A DNA stretch of 64,000 bases from Candidatus Berkelbacteria bacterium (GTDB lineage: Bacteria > Patescibacteriota > UBA1384 > XYA2-FULL-43-10 > 1-14-0-10-43-13). Every line of letters begins with the position of its first letter. The first letter of the stretch is position 1. Shown here one piece after another: positions 29,803-38,459 of this stretch. Where the stretch lies: the NCBI GenBank assembly GCA_037143235.1, contig JBAWZC010000003.1:25192-89191 (forward strand), written 5' to 3'. The notes below the pieces were generated by a model, which searched no databases, had not been told where the DNA came from, and was given only the letters and a program-made list of their open reading frames with translations. The position numbers were made by a program, and so were the translations under genes.

Positions 29803-30327
29803 TTATTTCATTCTCTTCAGCAACTTCTTTTTGATAATATACGTTTTAGAACAATTAGCTTTTAGGGCATTGCTAATAAAATTTTCAAATCCCACATAAA
29901 CAATTGTTTTGCCTTCTCCCCGTGCATCTTTTATTGCTGGAATCATATCCGTATCAGAAGATATCAAATAGCAAGTATCGTATGTATTTTTCAGTGCACC
30001 CTTGAGAATATTTAAAGCTATCCTGACATCAACGCCTTTTTCGTGATAAATGCCCTTGCTTTTCAACATAAATCCTTTTTCTATCATAATTTTTTGCTTT
30101 TCTAGACTATAAAACAACGATTGCTGGCCAGAATACAATCTCTCAGAAATTTTGTCTCCTTTTCTTCGTTTGATTTCGCCAACACAATAATCTATCGATA
30201 CACCTGTAGATCCGGCGATCTCCTCAGCAAGAAGCCTATAACCAAAATCAGTTAAGTGCAACTCTGGGCACAAGTTTTTCGCCTGATGATAAAAATTGCT
30301 TCCATCAAAGATTACAAGTATTCTCAT
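29803..30327 (-). CDS. NYN domain (PIN-like, LabA/DUF88) protein
   Basis: IFDGSNFY, EKGVDVRIA, LISSDTDMIP. Confidence 0.92.
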   Translation of the reverse strand: MRILVIFDGSNFYHQAKNLCPELHLTDFGYRLLAEEIAGSTGVSIDYCVGEIKRRKGDKISERLYSGQQSLFYSLEKQKIMIEKGFMLKSKGIYHEKGVDVRIALNILKGALKNTYDTCYLISSDTDMIPAIKDARGEGKTIVYVGFENFISNALKANCSKTYIIKKKLLKRMK

Positions 30328-30357
30328 ACAGTAATTATAGCTTGAGCCCTATAAATA

Positions 30358-30397
30358 TAAAACCCCCAGGTCCTGTTACAGAACTGGGGGGATTTAG
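30358..30397. promoter_or_regulatory. GC-rich hairpin just upstream of NYN promoter
   Basis: taaaacccccag-gtcctgttacagaa-ctggggggattta. Confidence 0.45.
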
Positions 30398-30474
30398 CGA
30401 TTTAATATCGTTTCCGATGCACTGAGTATATATCAATTTGGCCATGTTTGTCAATGTCTAGTAGGCAAATTTAA

Positions 30475-30852
30475 TTATTTTTCGAATTTATCTATTTTGT
30501 CTTTTTGATTCATGGTGTGAACAATCTTGTGAAAGATCAGACACAATTCGTTACACTCAGACCAGATTTTTTCAATTTCAATTTTATGCTCATCTTCAAT
30601 GTTTTGAAGCAATTTCAGCCAATATTTAGTTTCAGATCCTTCCTTCTTGCAAATAAATATTTTGTTCTTAAAATCCTTTTTGCTGCTAGCGTTGTTGGCT
30701 TCAATATAATTAGCGCCAACACTGGTAGCGGAGCGAACCAGCTGATTTATTATCGGACGGCTAATGTTCGTTTCCTTGATATTTTTTGACAATTCGATAA
30801 CCTGTGTCGAAAATCGAAGCAATCTGTTTTCAAATTCAATTTCCCTGCTCAT
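30475..30852 (-). CDS. Four helix bundle protein (second subtype)
   Basis: QLVRSATSVGANYIEANNASSKKDFKNKIFICKKEGSETKYWL. Confidence 0.92.
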   Translation of the reverse strand: MSREIEFENRLLRFSTQVIELSKNIKETNISRPIINQLVRSATSVGANYIEANNASSKKDFKNKIFICKKEGSETKYWLKLLQNIEDEHKIEIEKIWSECNELCLIFHKIVHTMNQKDKIDKFEK

Positions 30853-30879
30853 TTCTTCTATTTTACCGCATCAGTGTGG

Positions 30880-30952
30880 ATTAATAAATGATTAAATAGT
30901 AAAATATAATTAATAAATGAAAAAATGACCAAATGGTTAAATGAATAAATAT
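30880..30952. repeat. 8-bp periodic arm upstream of four-helix-bundle gene
   Basis: gaaaaaat gaccaaat ggttaaat gaataaat; complementary ATTT-periodic arm lies on the other side of the gene. Confidence 0.7.
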
Positions 30953-30973
30953 TAATGTCCTCAGGAGGGTATT

Positions 30974-31861
30974 ATGTTGCAAGTAAAAATTGAGAAAATT
31001 GTACCAGTAACTGACGCTAGAGATAATTTCAACAAGATTATCGATGAAGTTGATGCGACCGATGAACTCTATGTCATCACCAAAAACGGCAAACCATCGG
31101 CAATTGTCGTTGGCGTTCACCACCTGGATAAATTGACTGGCGGAAATAAAGTTGCCGAGACAATTGAACCAATTAAAAAAAGTGAAAGTATCTCTGCGAT
31201 GCCTGATCCGCTACCAAAGATGGACTTGCCGAAAATTGATCTTGCGCCAACAAATACTCCTGCTCCAGCTCCGGCTGACAAAGAAGACGATGATATGAGC
31301 ATCGACGATCTTTTTGGTCCGATTACTGACGATGATGTGTTGCCATCAACCACTCCTCCGGCAACCAATCAAACTCCGGCGACACAAACGAGCTCCGCTA
31401 ATCCTGCTCCTGCGTTTAGTTCCAATGCTTCGGCCACGCCAGCACCAACCTTTAAGCCCGCTGCGACTTCGCCATGGTCATCTCCAACAAATACTCCAGC
31501 TGCAACGCCAACTGCGCCTAGCGCATCAACTCCAACTTTTAGACCGACAGTTACTCCTGCTTCTGCAAATCCGGCACCTTGGACACCAGTGCCGACTGCG
31601 TCTACCCCCGCAACAACCGTCACGAACCCTACTCCATCATTTCGACCAACCGTGACACCTTATACTCCGGCGGCTACACCAGCGACCAATCCTGCGCCAG
31701 CCGCATCTAGTTCAACATTTAGACCAACAGTTGCTCCAGCCTCTGCGAATCCGGCACCTTGGACACCAGCGCCGGCTGCGAATCAGAGCTCAACAAACCA
31801 GCCAATCCAATTAACTCCGACAGTACCTGCGCAAAGCAATCAGAATTCTAACAATGTCTAG
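30974..31861 (+). CDS. Phd/YefM antitoxin-like domain fused to long Pro/Thr/Ala-rich repeat tail
   Basis: IVPVTDARDNFNKIIDEV...YVITKNGKPSAIVV; tail repeats FRPTV(T/A)PASANPAPWTP. Confidence 0.8.
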   Translation: MLQVKIEKIVPVTDARDNFNKIIDEVDATDELYVITKNGKPSAIVVGVHHLDKLTGGNKVAETIEPIKKSESISAMPDPLPKMDLPKIDLAPTNTPAPAPADKEDDDMSIDDLFGPITDDDVLPSTTPPATNQTPATQTSSANPAPAFSSNASATPAPTFKPAATSPWSSPTNTPAATPTAPSASTPTFRPTVTPASANPAPWTPVPTASTPATTVTNPTPSFRPTVTPYTPAATPATNPAPAASSSTFRPTVAPASANPAPWTPAPAANQSSTNQPIQLTPTVPAQSNQNSNNV

Positions 31862-31883
31862 AGAATAGAACAGCAAAGAAAAC

Positions 31884-31960
31884 ACACTAAAGTGTGGGCT
31901 ACGACAAATCATGTAGTTCAAGCTTTAGCTTGTAAAAAACCACGCTGAAGCGTGGTCTGC
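31884..31960. repeat. GTAG/CACGCTGAAGCGTG REP-like palindrome family (also 42656-42709, 43644-43686, 49288-49307, 56396-56447)
   Basis: gtagttcaagctttagcttg...cacgctgaagcgtggtctgca. Confidence 0.8.
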
Positions 31961-32043
31961 AGAGAGCATGCGCAAGGTAAATATTCGGTCTATTATCCAA
32001 CTAACCGTTTAACTGTCAACTGTCTCGCCGTATAACTTACTAG

Positions 32044-32661
32044 CTATCTCCCCTTGTTCTTCAGATGTCTCCAAACATATAGTGCAACCAAGATGACAAC
32101 GCCAGCGGCGATTGTCATATCAAAATTGTGCAAAGTTTTGCGGACCAACTCCCAATTCTCCCCCATCTTAATACCCAGCCAAGCGAAAAGAGCGGTCCAA
32201 GGCAGTGCGCCCAGGAAAGTATAAAAAGCGAACTTTTTGATATCCATTTTGGCGATACCAGCAGGAAAAGAGATATATGTTCTCACGACTGGAAGCAAGC
32301 GACCAAAAAAGACCGTTGCGCTGCCGTATTTTGCAAACCACTTGTCAGCAAGATCGAGGTCATGTTTCGAAATCAGGATATATTTGCCCCATTTTTCGAT
32401 CAGTGGGCGTCCGCCCTTCCAAGCGATCCAATAAGCCAAAAGAGAGCCAGTCAGATTGCCAAAAGTGCCGACGGCCACAACAACCCAGAAATTCAGACGG
32501 CCAAGTGCGACCCAATAGCCAGCAAACGGCATGATAACTTCTGAGGGCATCGGGATACCACACGACTCGAGGGCCATCAACAGAAATACACCAAAGTTGC
32601 CTGAAACTTCGATCGTTTTGATGACGATATTGGCCAGAAAGTCGATGATAGTTGTGATCAT
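32044..32661 (-). CDS. dedA: DedA family protein
   Basis: LMALESCGIPMPSEVIMPFAG, FFGRLLPVVRTYISFPAG. Confidence 0.93.
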   Translation of the reverse strand: MITTIIDFLANIVIKTIEVSGNFGVFLLMALESCGIPMPSEVIMPFAGYWVALGRLNFWVVVAVGTFGNLTGSLLAYWIAWKGGRPLIEKWGKYILISKHDLDLADKWFAKYGSATVFFGRLLPVVRTYISFPAGIAKMDIKKFAFYTFLGALPWTALFAWLGIKMGENWELVRKTLHNFDMTIAAGVVILVALYVWRHLKNKGR

Positions 32662-32789
32662 AAAGATAGTGTTAAAGCTGGTAAGTGTTTAAGCTAATTA
32701 GCTGTGTAATTCATTAGTTGATTAGATTTTAGCAAATTATTGCCGCAGTCGAAAGAGTGCTTACTGTCTGTCGATCCTAAATCCGCTCC

Positions 32790-32917
32790 TGTCATTTCTG
32801 CCCTGAAACGAGTTCAGGATAAACTCCGGCAGGCATCTAGTGACAGCAAAAACGTCAAGATACACTCTGCTTGGCGCTTACGCTGTGACGGGATTCCGGA
32901 TCGAGTCCGGAATGACA
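32790..32917. repeat. GTCATT...GGAATGAC palindromic element with nested CCTGAAACGAGTTCAGG hairpin
   Basis: Terminal inverted repeats; near-copy at 36630-36756. Confidence 0.85.
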
Positions 32918-33002
32918 AAAGAGATGAAGATAACAACAAAATGATATAAGCAAACGATACATATAGTTGCAATCAGACAGGTTTTTCACTAAGATTATGA
33001 GG

Positions 33003-33869
33003 ATGTATCTATCTTACCCCGTGCAACTGAAAGAATTTGGTCGAGAGTACTTCGAGGACACGGAGCATGGTTTTGCCTATCGGTATCAACAGTCGAAAAG
33101 GTTTTTTGGCTTGATGAAATCCATCTTTATCCCCTATGGTCCTGTTTGCAACGATCTCAAGAGTTTTAGCAACTTCCTTGATCAGATCGAAAAAAATAAA
33201 ATGACCAAAGTTTACATCGACTTGCCACTGATATTAGACCCAAAAATCTTAAAAGAAGTGACCAAAGAGTTGCAGCAGAGAGGTTACAAACATCATCGCT
33301 CCGAAGTTTTGGATGGCGAAACTATCCTAGTCGAAAAAGATAAATATTGCCCAAATTCGAGATCGGCCAGATACATCCGGCGAGGGATAGAAAATTTTCG
33401 CATCGAGATAAAGAGCGAGATAGCCAAAGACGAGATCAGGGTGATGCACGAGCTCTATCTGTCAAACAATACCGAGATCAGAGACTTCAATCCCAAACCT
33501 CTTGCCGCCTTCACTAAAATTGCTAGTCACGGGGTGACGGCAATCGCTTATGATAAAATCACGAACAAAATCGAAGGGTTTCTGATGGGCTATATCGATG
33601 AGATCGCTACTGATTTTAAAAACAATGTTAACAAAAAAATTCTATATCTGATGTTTACAGCAGCTACCGACATTGGCCGAGAACAAAAGATCGGTTTCGC
33701 CCTTCATGGCCGACTTTTCGACGAAGCCTTTAATAATTTAGGCGTTGACCTCGTTGATTTCCTTGGCGCTGACAGAGCGATGAATCGTAAATACACTGAG
33801 TTTAAGATGAAGTGGGGAGGTGAATTTGTCAGTTTCCCCGGTAGTTATCAGAAAACTTTTTGGCTTTGA
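33003..33869 (+). CDS. Divergent FemABX/GNAT-fold protein
   Basis: IPYGPV, RYIRR, VDFLG, FKMKWGG..SFPGSY; start could be 32997. Confidence 0.7.
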   Translation: MYLSYPVQLKEFGREYFEDTEHGFAYRYQQSKRFFGLMKSIFIPYGPVCNDLKSFSNFLDQIEKNKMTKVYIDLPLILDPKILKEVTKELQQRGYKHHRSEVLDGETILVEKDKYCPNSRSARYIRRGIENFRIEIKSEIAKDEIRVMHELYLSNNTEIRDFNPKPLAAFTKIASHGVTAIAYDKITNKIEGFLMGYIDEIATDFKNNVNKKILYLMFTAATDIGREQKIGFALHGRLFDEAFNNLGVDLVDFLGADRAMNRKYTEFKMKWGGEFVSFPGSYQKTFWL

Positions 33870-33881
33870 TCTAAAGTTCTC

Positions 33882-33993
33882 TGTCATTCCCGCGCAGGCG
33901 GGAATCCACAAAATATTTTACCAGATTCCTGCTCATCGAGTCTGAGCCTGAGGACTCTTCCCTCAGAGTCGAATGACCTTCGCAGGAATGACA
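33882..33993. repeat. GTCATTCCCGCGCAGGCGGGAATCC palindromic element with nested hairpin insert
   Basis: Right arm split by tcatcgagtctgagcctgagg...cctcagagtcgaatga. Confidence 0.85.
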
Positions 33994-33999
33994 AACAGC

Positions 34000-34060
34000 T
34001 TGGTTATTTTGTCATTTGGACGTTGATTTAGAAATTGGAAATTGGAAATTTGGTTATTTT
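34000..34060. repeat. Heptamer periodic arm (TTGGAAA type)
   Basis: ttggtta ttttgtc atttgga...ttagaaa ttggaaa ttggaaa tttggttatt; full two-armed relative at 57740-57859. Confidence 0.65.
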
Positions 34061-34064
34061 TTTC

Positions 34065-35432
34065 CTATTCCACCAACTCCCAGTTCGAATCAACCTTGAT
34101 CTCATCCCATTTTTTCACATCGCCACGCTTGATATGATAATACGCCGCAAGGCCGATCATTGCCGCGTTGTCGCCAGTCATTGCTCTTTCTGGAGACAGA
34201 AAAGTAATTGACGGTGAAGCACTTGTGACTGTTTCCCCCAAACGACCCCGCAAGTAGCTATTTGCGCTCACACCGCCAGCAAAAACAACTGTTTTGGGCG
34301 AATACTTAGCGATTGCTTTGGATAGTTTCGACGAAAGTACCTCAGCAACCGCATCTTCAAAAGCACAACAAATCTCCTGCTTGATCTCCGTTGATATCTC
34401 CGCCGACGACGCTAAGTCTTTCTCTAATATAATTTTTTTAACTTGATATAAAACCGCGGTTTTGAGCCCAGAAAAGGAAAAATTGAATGTATCGTCTCGG
34501 AGCAATGGCCGAGGAAAAACGATACTTAAATTATGAATAATGAATAATGAATTATGGATTTCTTTCGGATTTCTTTCGGATTTAGAATTTTGGTTTTGGG
34601 ATTTATTTCGGGTTTCGGATTTCGGATTTAGAATTTTGTTTCTGAATTCACTCGCATATTTAGAAACAATTGGTCCTCCGGGGTAGCCAAGACCAAGTAA
34701 TTTTGCCACCTTGTCGTAAGCCTCACCGACTGCATCGTCTAAAGTTTCGCCAAGAGTTTCATATACACCATGATCCTCCATCAGTGTGATTGAGGTATGA
34801 CCACCAGAAACTGTTAACGAGATCAATGGAAAGTACGAAGCACTAAGCTCTAAATCCGAAACAATATCTAAATTAGAATTTTTAATATTTAAACTATTTG
34901 AACTTGAAATTTCTTTAGTATTTGGGGTTTGGGATTTGGGATTTGCGCCAGCCAAAGCGGAGTAAATATGTCCCTCGATGTGATTCACGGGTACGATTGG
35001 CAGATTGAGCGCATAAGATATTGTTTTGGCAGCGTTGAATCCAACCAACAACGAACCGATCAAGCCAGGACCAGCTGTGACGGCAATGTGAGTAACACCA
35101 TTGAGTAAATCCGAAGCGCTAATATCTAAATCCGAAACAATGCCCAAATTCGAATTTTTAATGTTTAAACTGTTTGAGCATGAAATTTCTTTAGTATTTG
35201 GGGTTTGGGATTTCGAATTTACCAGTGATTCTGTAATCACTGGTACAATTGCTTCGACATGTGCTCGACTGGCAACTTCTGGCACTACGCCTCCAGTCAG
35301 GGCATGTAGGTCCACCTGTGAGGAAATAATATTCGACAAAACGACCGGTTTCCCATCGATTTCCTCGATCACGGCCGCCGCTGTCTCATCGCAGGACGAT
35401 TCGATTGCTAGTATTCGTATATTATTTTTCAT
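34065..35432 (-). CDS. tsaD: tRNA N6-threonylcarbamoyltransferase TsaD carrying three in-frame repeat-derived insertions
   Basis: LAIESSCDETAAA, GGVVPEVASRAH, GPGLIGSL, NHIEGH, VSGGHT, DDAVGEAYDKVA, FSFSGLKT, GGVSAN, DNAAMIG. Confidence 0.95.
   Translation of the reverse strand: MKNNIRILAIESSCDETAAAVIEEIDGKPVVLSNIISSQVDLHALTGGVVPEVASRAHVEAIVPVITESLVNSKSQTPNTKEISCSNSLNIKNSNLGIVSDLDISASDLLNGVTHIAVTAGPGLIGSLLVGFNAAKTISYALNLPIVPVNHIEGHIYSALAGANPKSQTPNTKEISSSNSLNIKNSNLDIVSDLELSASYFPLISLTVSGGHTSITLMEDHGVYETLGETLDDAVGEAYDKVAKLLGLGYPGGPIVSKYASEFRNKILNPKSETRNKSQNQNSKSERNPKEIHNSLFIIHNLSIVFPRPLLRDDTFNFSFSGLKTAVLYQVKKIILEKDLASSAEISTEIKQEICCAFEDAVAEVLSSKLSKAIAKYSPKTVVFAGGVSANSYLRGRLGETVTSASPSITFLSPERAMTGDNAAMIGLAAYYHIKRGDVKKWDEIKVDSNWELVE
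34525..34640. repeat. In-frame heptamer-repeat insertion 3 in tsaD
   Basis: tatgaat aatgaat aatgaat tatggat plus tttcgga/tttagaa/ttttggg units; encodes ILNPKSETRNKSQNQNSKSERNPKEIHNSLFIIHNL. Confidence 0.85.
34831..34945. repeat. In-frame ~115-bp imperfect palindrome insertion 2 in tsaD
   Basis: Near-copy of 35106-35221; encodes NPKSQTPNTKEISSSNSLNIKNSNLDIVSDLELSASY. Confidence 0.9.
35106..35221. repeat. In-frame ~115-bp imperfect palindrome insertion 1 in tsaD
   Basis: taaatccgaa...gtttaaac...ttcgaattta; encodes NSKSQTPNTKEISCSNSLNIKNSNLGIVSDLDISASDL. Confidence 0.9.
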
Positions 35433-35491
35433 TTAGATCATTTGTCACTAATTGGTTTAGATTAGAAATAGTTTGTCATTCTTGAATGTAC

Positions 35492-35594
35492 TGTCATTCC
35501 CGCGCAGGCGGGAATCCACAAACAGTATTAACACATGATACGGTCTTCTGGACGCTTACGCTGTGACAGGATTCCTGCCTTCGCAGGAATGACA
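35492..35594. repeat. GTCATTCCCGCGCAGGCGGGAATCC palindromic element
   Basis: Ends ggattcctgccttcgcaggaatgaca. Confidence 0.88.
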
Positions 35595-35666
35595 AATTTA
35601 CAACCTCTCTATTTTTACCATTACCAGGGCATTTATTCAATCTCAGAATGGTGCTAGAATATTTCT

Positions 35667-36605
35667 ATGGCAAACATCTTCCAATCTCATGAGTGGGAAC
35701 AATTCAAACTTCAAAGTGGCTACCAGAAAAGTTATCGTGTTGATGGTGTTCTTGTCTTGCAAAAAAATCTACCGCTTGGGCGGACAATGCTATACGCGCC
35801 GATGGTCAGTCAGCCTACGGCTGACGAAATTATGAATAGTGAATCAAGAATTAAGGATTTCATGGCAGAAATTCGAAAGATAGGCAACGAACAAAACTCT
35901 ATCTTTTTTCGATTGGAGTTTGACGTCCCGGTCGACCATGATTCATACCCCATAATTCATGATTCTGCTATTGTACAAAGCTTTGAGGAGATGCAACCCG
36001 AAAATACTTGGGTTCTCGATCTCAGCCAAAGCGAAGAAGAAATTCAGAAGAATATGAAGCCACGTGCCCGCTACAATATCAGACTTGCGGAGAAAAGTGG
36101 CGTCACGGTCAAAAGTGGTTTTACGGCTGAGCATCTCGATATTTTTTACAACCTTCACAGCTCGACCGCCATACGCCACGGGATTTCCTACCGGAGCAAG
36201 GATTACTTCGCCAGATTAGTTGAGTGTTTGAGACCAGCGGGATTGGTAAAGATTTTTGTTGCTTATCTCGATGAAGAGCCGATTTCCAGTCACATCATCA
36301 TTTCCTCTGGAGATACGGCGATTAATATGTTTGGTGCTTCATCAACTGACCATCGCGAAGTGAAGGCTCCCCACTTGCTCCAATGGCGCATCATAGAGGA
36401 GTGCAAGAGCAATGGCTTTGCCAAATATGACTTTTTTGGTATCGCCCCTTCTGACGACTCTAAGCACAAATGGGCCGGTATCACCAGCTTCAAAAAAAGT
36501 TTTGGCGGGTACCAGCGAGACCTGATGGGTAGCTACGATCTAATATTTAAGCCCCTTGAATATCAGATATTCAAGTTGGCAGAGAATATTCGCCGACCGA
36601 AATAA
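35667..36605 (+). CDS. FemABX peptidoglycan bridge aminoacyltransferase
   Basis: FQSHEWEQFK, QPENTWVLDL, MKPRARYNIRLAEKSGV, FGAS, HLLQW, YDFFG, GITSFKKSFGG. Confidence 0.92.
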   Translation: MANIFQSHEWEQFKLQSGYQKSYRVDGVLVLQKNLPLGRTMLYAPMVSQPTADEIMNSESRIKDFMAEIRKIGNEQNSIFFRLEFDVPVDHDSYPIIHDSAIVQSFEEMQPENTWVLDLSQSEEEIQKNMKPRARYNIRLAEKSGVTVKSGFTAEHLDIFYNLHSSTAIRHGISYRSKDYFARLVECLRPAGLVKIFVAYLDEEPISSHIIISSGDTAINMFGASSTDHREVKAPHLLQWRIIEECKSNGFAKYDFFGIAPSDDSKHKWAGITSFKKSFGGYQRDLMGSYDLIFKPLEYQIFKLAENIRRPK

Positions 36606-36629
36606 GACTCAAATTCTTGCTCCCTTTTC

Positions 36630-36756
36630 TGTCATTCCTGCCCTGAAACGAGTTCAGGATAAACTCCGGCAGGAATCTAGTAACAATAAAAATGCCAAGA
36701 TACACTCTGCTTGGCGCTTACGCGTCGTCAGGATTCCTGCCTGCGCAGGAATGACA
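36630..36756. repeat. GTCATTCCTGC...GCAGGAATGAC element with nested hairpin
   Basis: Near-copy of 32790-32917. Confidence 0.88.
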
Positions 36757-36777
36757 AAAGGAAAGAACGGGTTGAGT

Positions 36778-36930
36778 TGTTATTGCGGGGAGTCTGCGAC
36801 CTACCTACCGGCAGGCAGGCGCGGCAATCAATCATGACTTCTCGACAAGCTCGAAGAATAACTAGTTATGGTTCGACCTTGTGGAGAACAGCTTGGTACT
36901 TCTCGACACGTCCAGCTCACTCGAAGAATA
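36778..36930. repeat. Composite repeat block (TTGCG..GCAATC + CCTACCTACCGGCAGGCAGG + ACTTCTCGAC..TCGAAGAAT + ATGGTTCGAC); inverted copy at 51195-51341
   Basis: Direct alignment by eye with the reverse complement of 51195-51341. Confidence 0.85.
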
Positions 36931-36937
36931 AAATAAC

Positions 36938-38203
36938 CTAGCCCCTAATTGATTTGATCTTACCAACAAACGAGCGGATCGCAGGAGAAACACGAACTAG
37001 CAGCCAATAAGCAAAGCGATTGTTGACGAAGGCATATTCCCCGACATATTTGATCTCCTTGGCTCCAAAACTCTTTTTGAAAAGATACAGACCATAGTTC
37101 TCGTCCTTTTGGTCATGACTGGCAAGATAGATCCTCGCCAAATCATGATATTTGAGATGATGGCGAACACTATCCTCGATCCGTTTGTAATTTAGAAAAT
37201 GGCTTGGACGAGCTAGATTTCGCAACAGATTTTTACTGCCGCCGTAGAGACAATCGGCGGTATCACCAAAGAGCGTCGTAATCGAGCCAGCCAAATAGAT
37301 CTTGTCAGCTTTTTTAATATCAATATTGTTTTTTTCCAATTCAGCAACCCGCTTTTGATAGCTGCTGATCTTGATCTCTAATTCTTTGAATGCTTTGCTC
37401 TCAGTCTCTGTTGAAAGTCTCTTTAACGCTGCTTCATTTTCCTCATTTTTCATGCGATCCGCGACCGCATCGTAGTAGACCATATTTAGATAAGCATAGG
37501 GCTCGAAATTTTTCAATAAATTCTTAAAATAAGTAGCTCCCCTAGTCATCGATCCGAGGCGACCCATCGTTTGGCTCATAATCTGAATAAATTCATCAAA
37601 TATCGCTGGATCTTTTTGAATGTCGCTGTAAAGATATGATTTATATCCAAGACCGCGTACTTCTGCGTTTTTAATGCTGTATTTGATCCCCTTTTCAAAG
37701 CCGGAAATTAATTCCTCTATATTCTTCTCTTTGCCCTCATCGTACAAATCGATAACGAAAGTTGTGTCGGGCTGAATGTATGGTCTGGATCCCTTAGTCT
37801 TAATCAATCCAAACTCAACCATGTTTTTTTGCAGAGCTATGCCGGCGGCCTGTTCTTCACCTTCAATCAAGTATGGCACGGTCGGGTCAACGAAGCAGAC
37901 ATCGATAAAATGTTTTTGTGTATAATCCCCGACAAACGCAAGGGCGTCCCGAAGTAGTTTCGGGTCACCATAGTCGCAGACGAACCCAAGCGGAATATAT
38001 CCAACAGTAATAAATCTGGCAATTTTCCTCTCCAGCAGCAAACAGGTCAGGACGACTTTACCGTCTCGTCTACCGACAATAAAATGACTTTGCCACTCTG
38101 GTTTATTTTCTGCTCCTTTGCTCGTCTGCAAGATGGAGCCACCATTTTCTTCGACGAAAGCATCAAATTCGGTTAGATTTTCTGTTGGCTCAAATATAGT
38201 CAT
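36938..38203 (-). CDS. FemABX/MurM-MurN type aminoacyltransferase with coiled-coil arm
   Basis: SILQT, YIPLG, IQPDTTFVIDL, YLAGSI, LYGGS, GLYLFKKSFG..YVGEY. Confidence 0.85.
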   Translation of the reverse strand: MTIFEPTENLTEFDAFVEENGGSILQTSKGAENKPEWQSHFIVGRRDGKVVLTCLLLERKIARFITVGYIPLGFVCDYGDPKLLRDALAFVGDYTQKHFIDVCFVDPTVPYLIEGEEQAAGIALQKNMVEFGLIKTKGSRPYIQPDTTFVIDLYDEGKEKNIEELISGFEKGIKYSIKNAEVRGLGYKSYLYSDIQKDPAIFDEFIQIMSQTMGRLGSMTRGATYFKNLLKNFEPYAYLNMVYYDAVADRMKNEENEAALKRLSTETESKAFKELEIKISSYQKRVAELEKNNIDIKKADKIYLAGSITTLFGDTADCLYGGSKNLLRNLARPSHFLNYKRIEDSVRHHLKYHDLARIYLASHDQKDENYGLYLFKKSFGAKEIKYVGEYAFVNNRFAYWLLVRVSPAIRSFVGKIKSIRG

Positions 38204-38239
38204 ATTTAGTCACCTGTTTGCTATTTATTCTTCCAGTCA

Positions 38240-38335
38240 ATTCGACAAACCCAGGGTGAGACTGCCAGGAAGTGTTGGACTATTCTCCACAAGGTCGAAC
38301 CATAACAATTTATTCTTCGAGCTTGTCGAGAAGTT
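38240..38335. repeat. GTCGAACCATAAC / TTCTTCGAGC..GTCGAGAAGT repeat module
   Basis: Shared with 36837-36886, 49181-49287, 51199-51282. Confidence 0.75.
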
Positions 38336-38459
38336 CCTAATGAATTGCCGTTTTTCCTCTTTCTCAATCATCTTAACACTTTAGGATACCTCCTTGCCAG
38401 AAGTAATACCTATCCAGAGACAATTTAATCAATTAATCATTTATTCATTTAGTCATTGA

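Noticed and set aside
32740-32949. Similar short ORFs here and at 36556-36837 (ALKRVQDKLRQ)
   Set aside because: Translations of the shared palindromic repeat, not evidence of genes
34831-35221. tsaD inserts as inteins, self-splicing introns or a DGR TR/VR pair
   Set aside because: Too short, no intein terminal motifs or intron core, and differences between the copies are not confined to adenines
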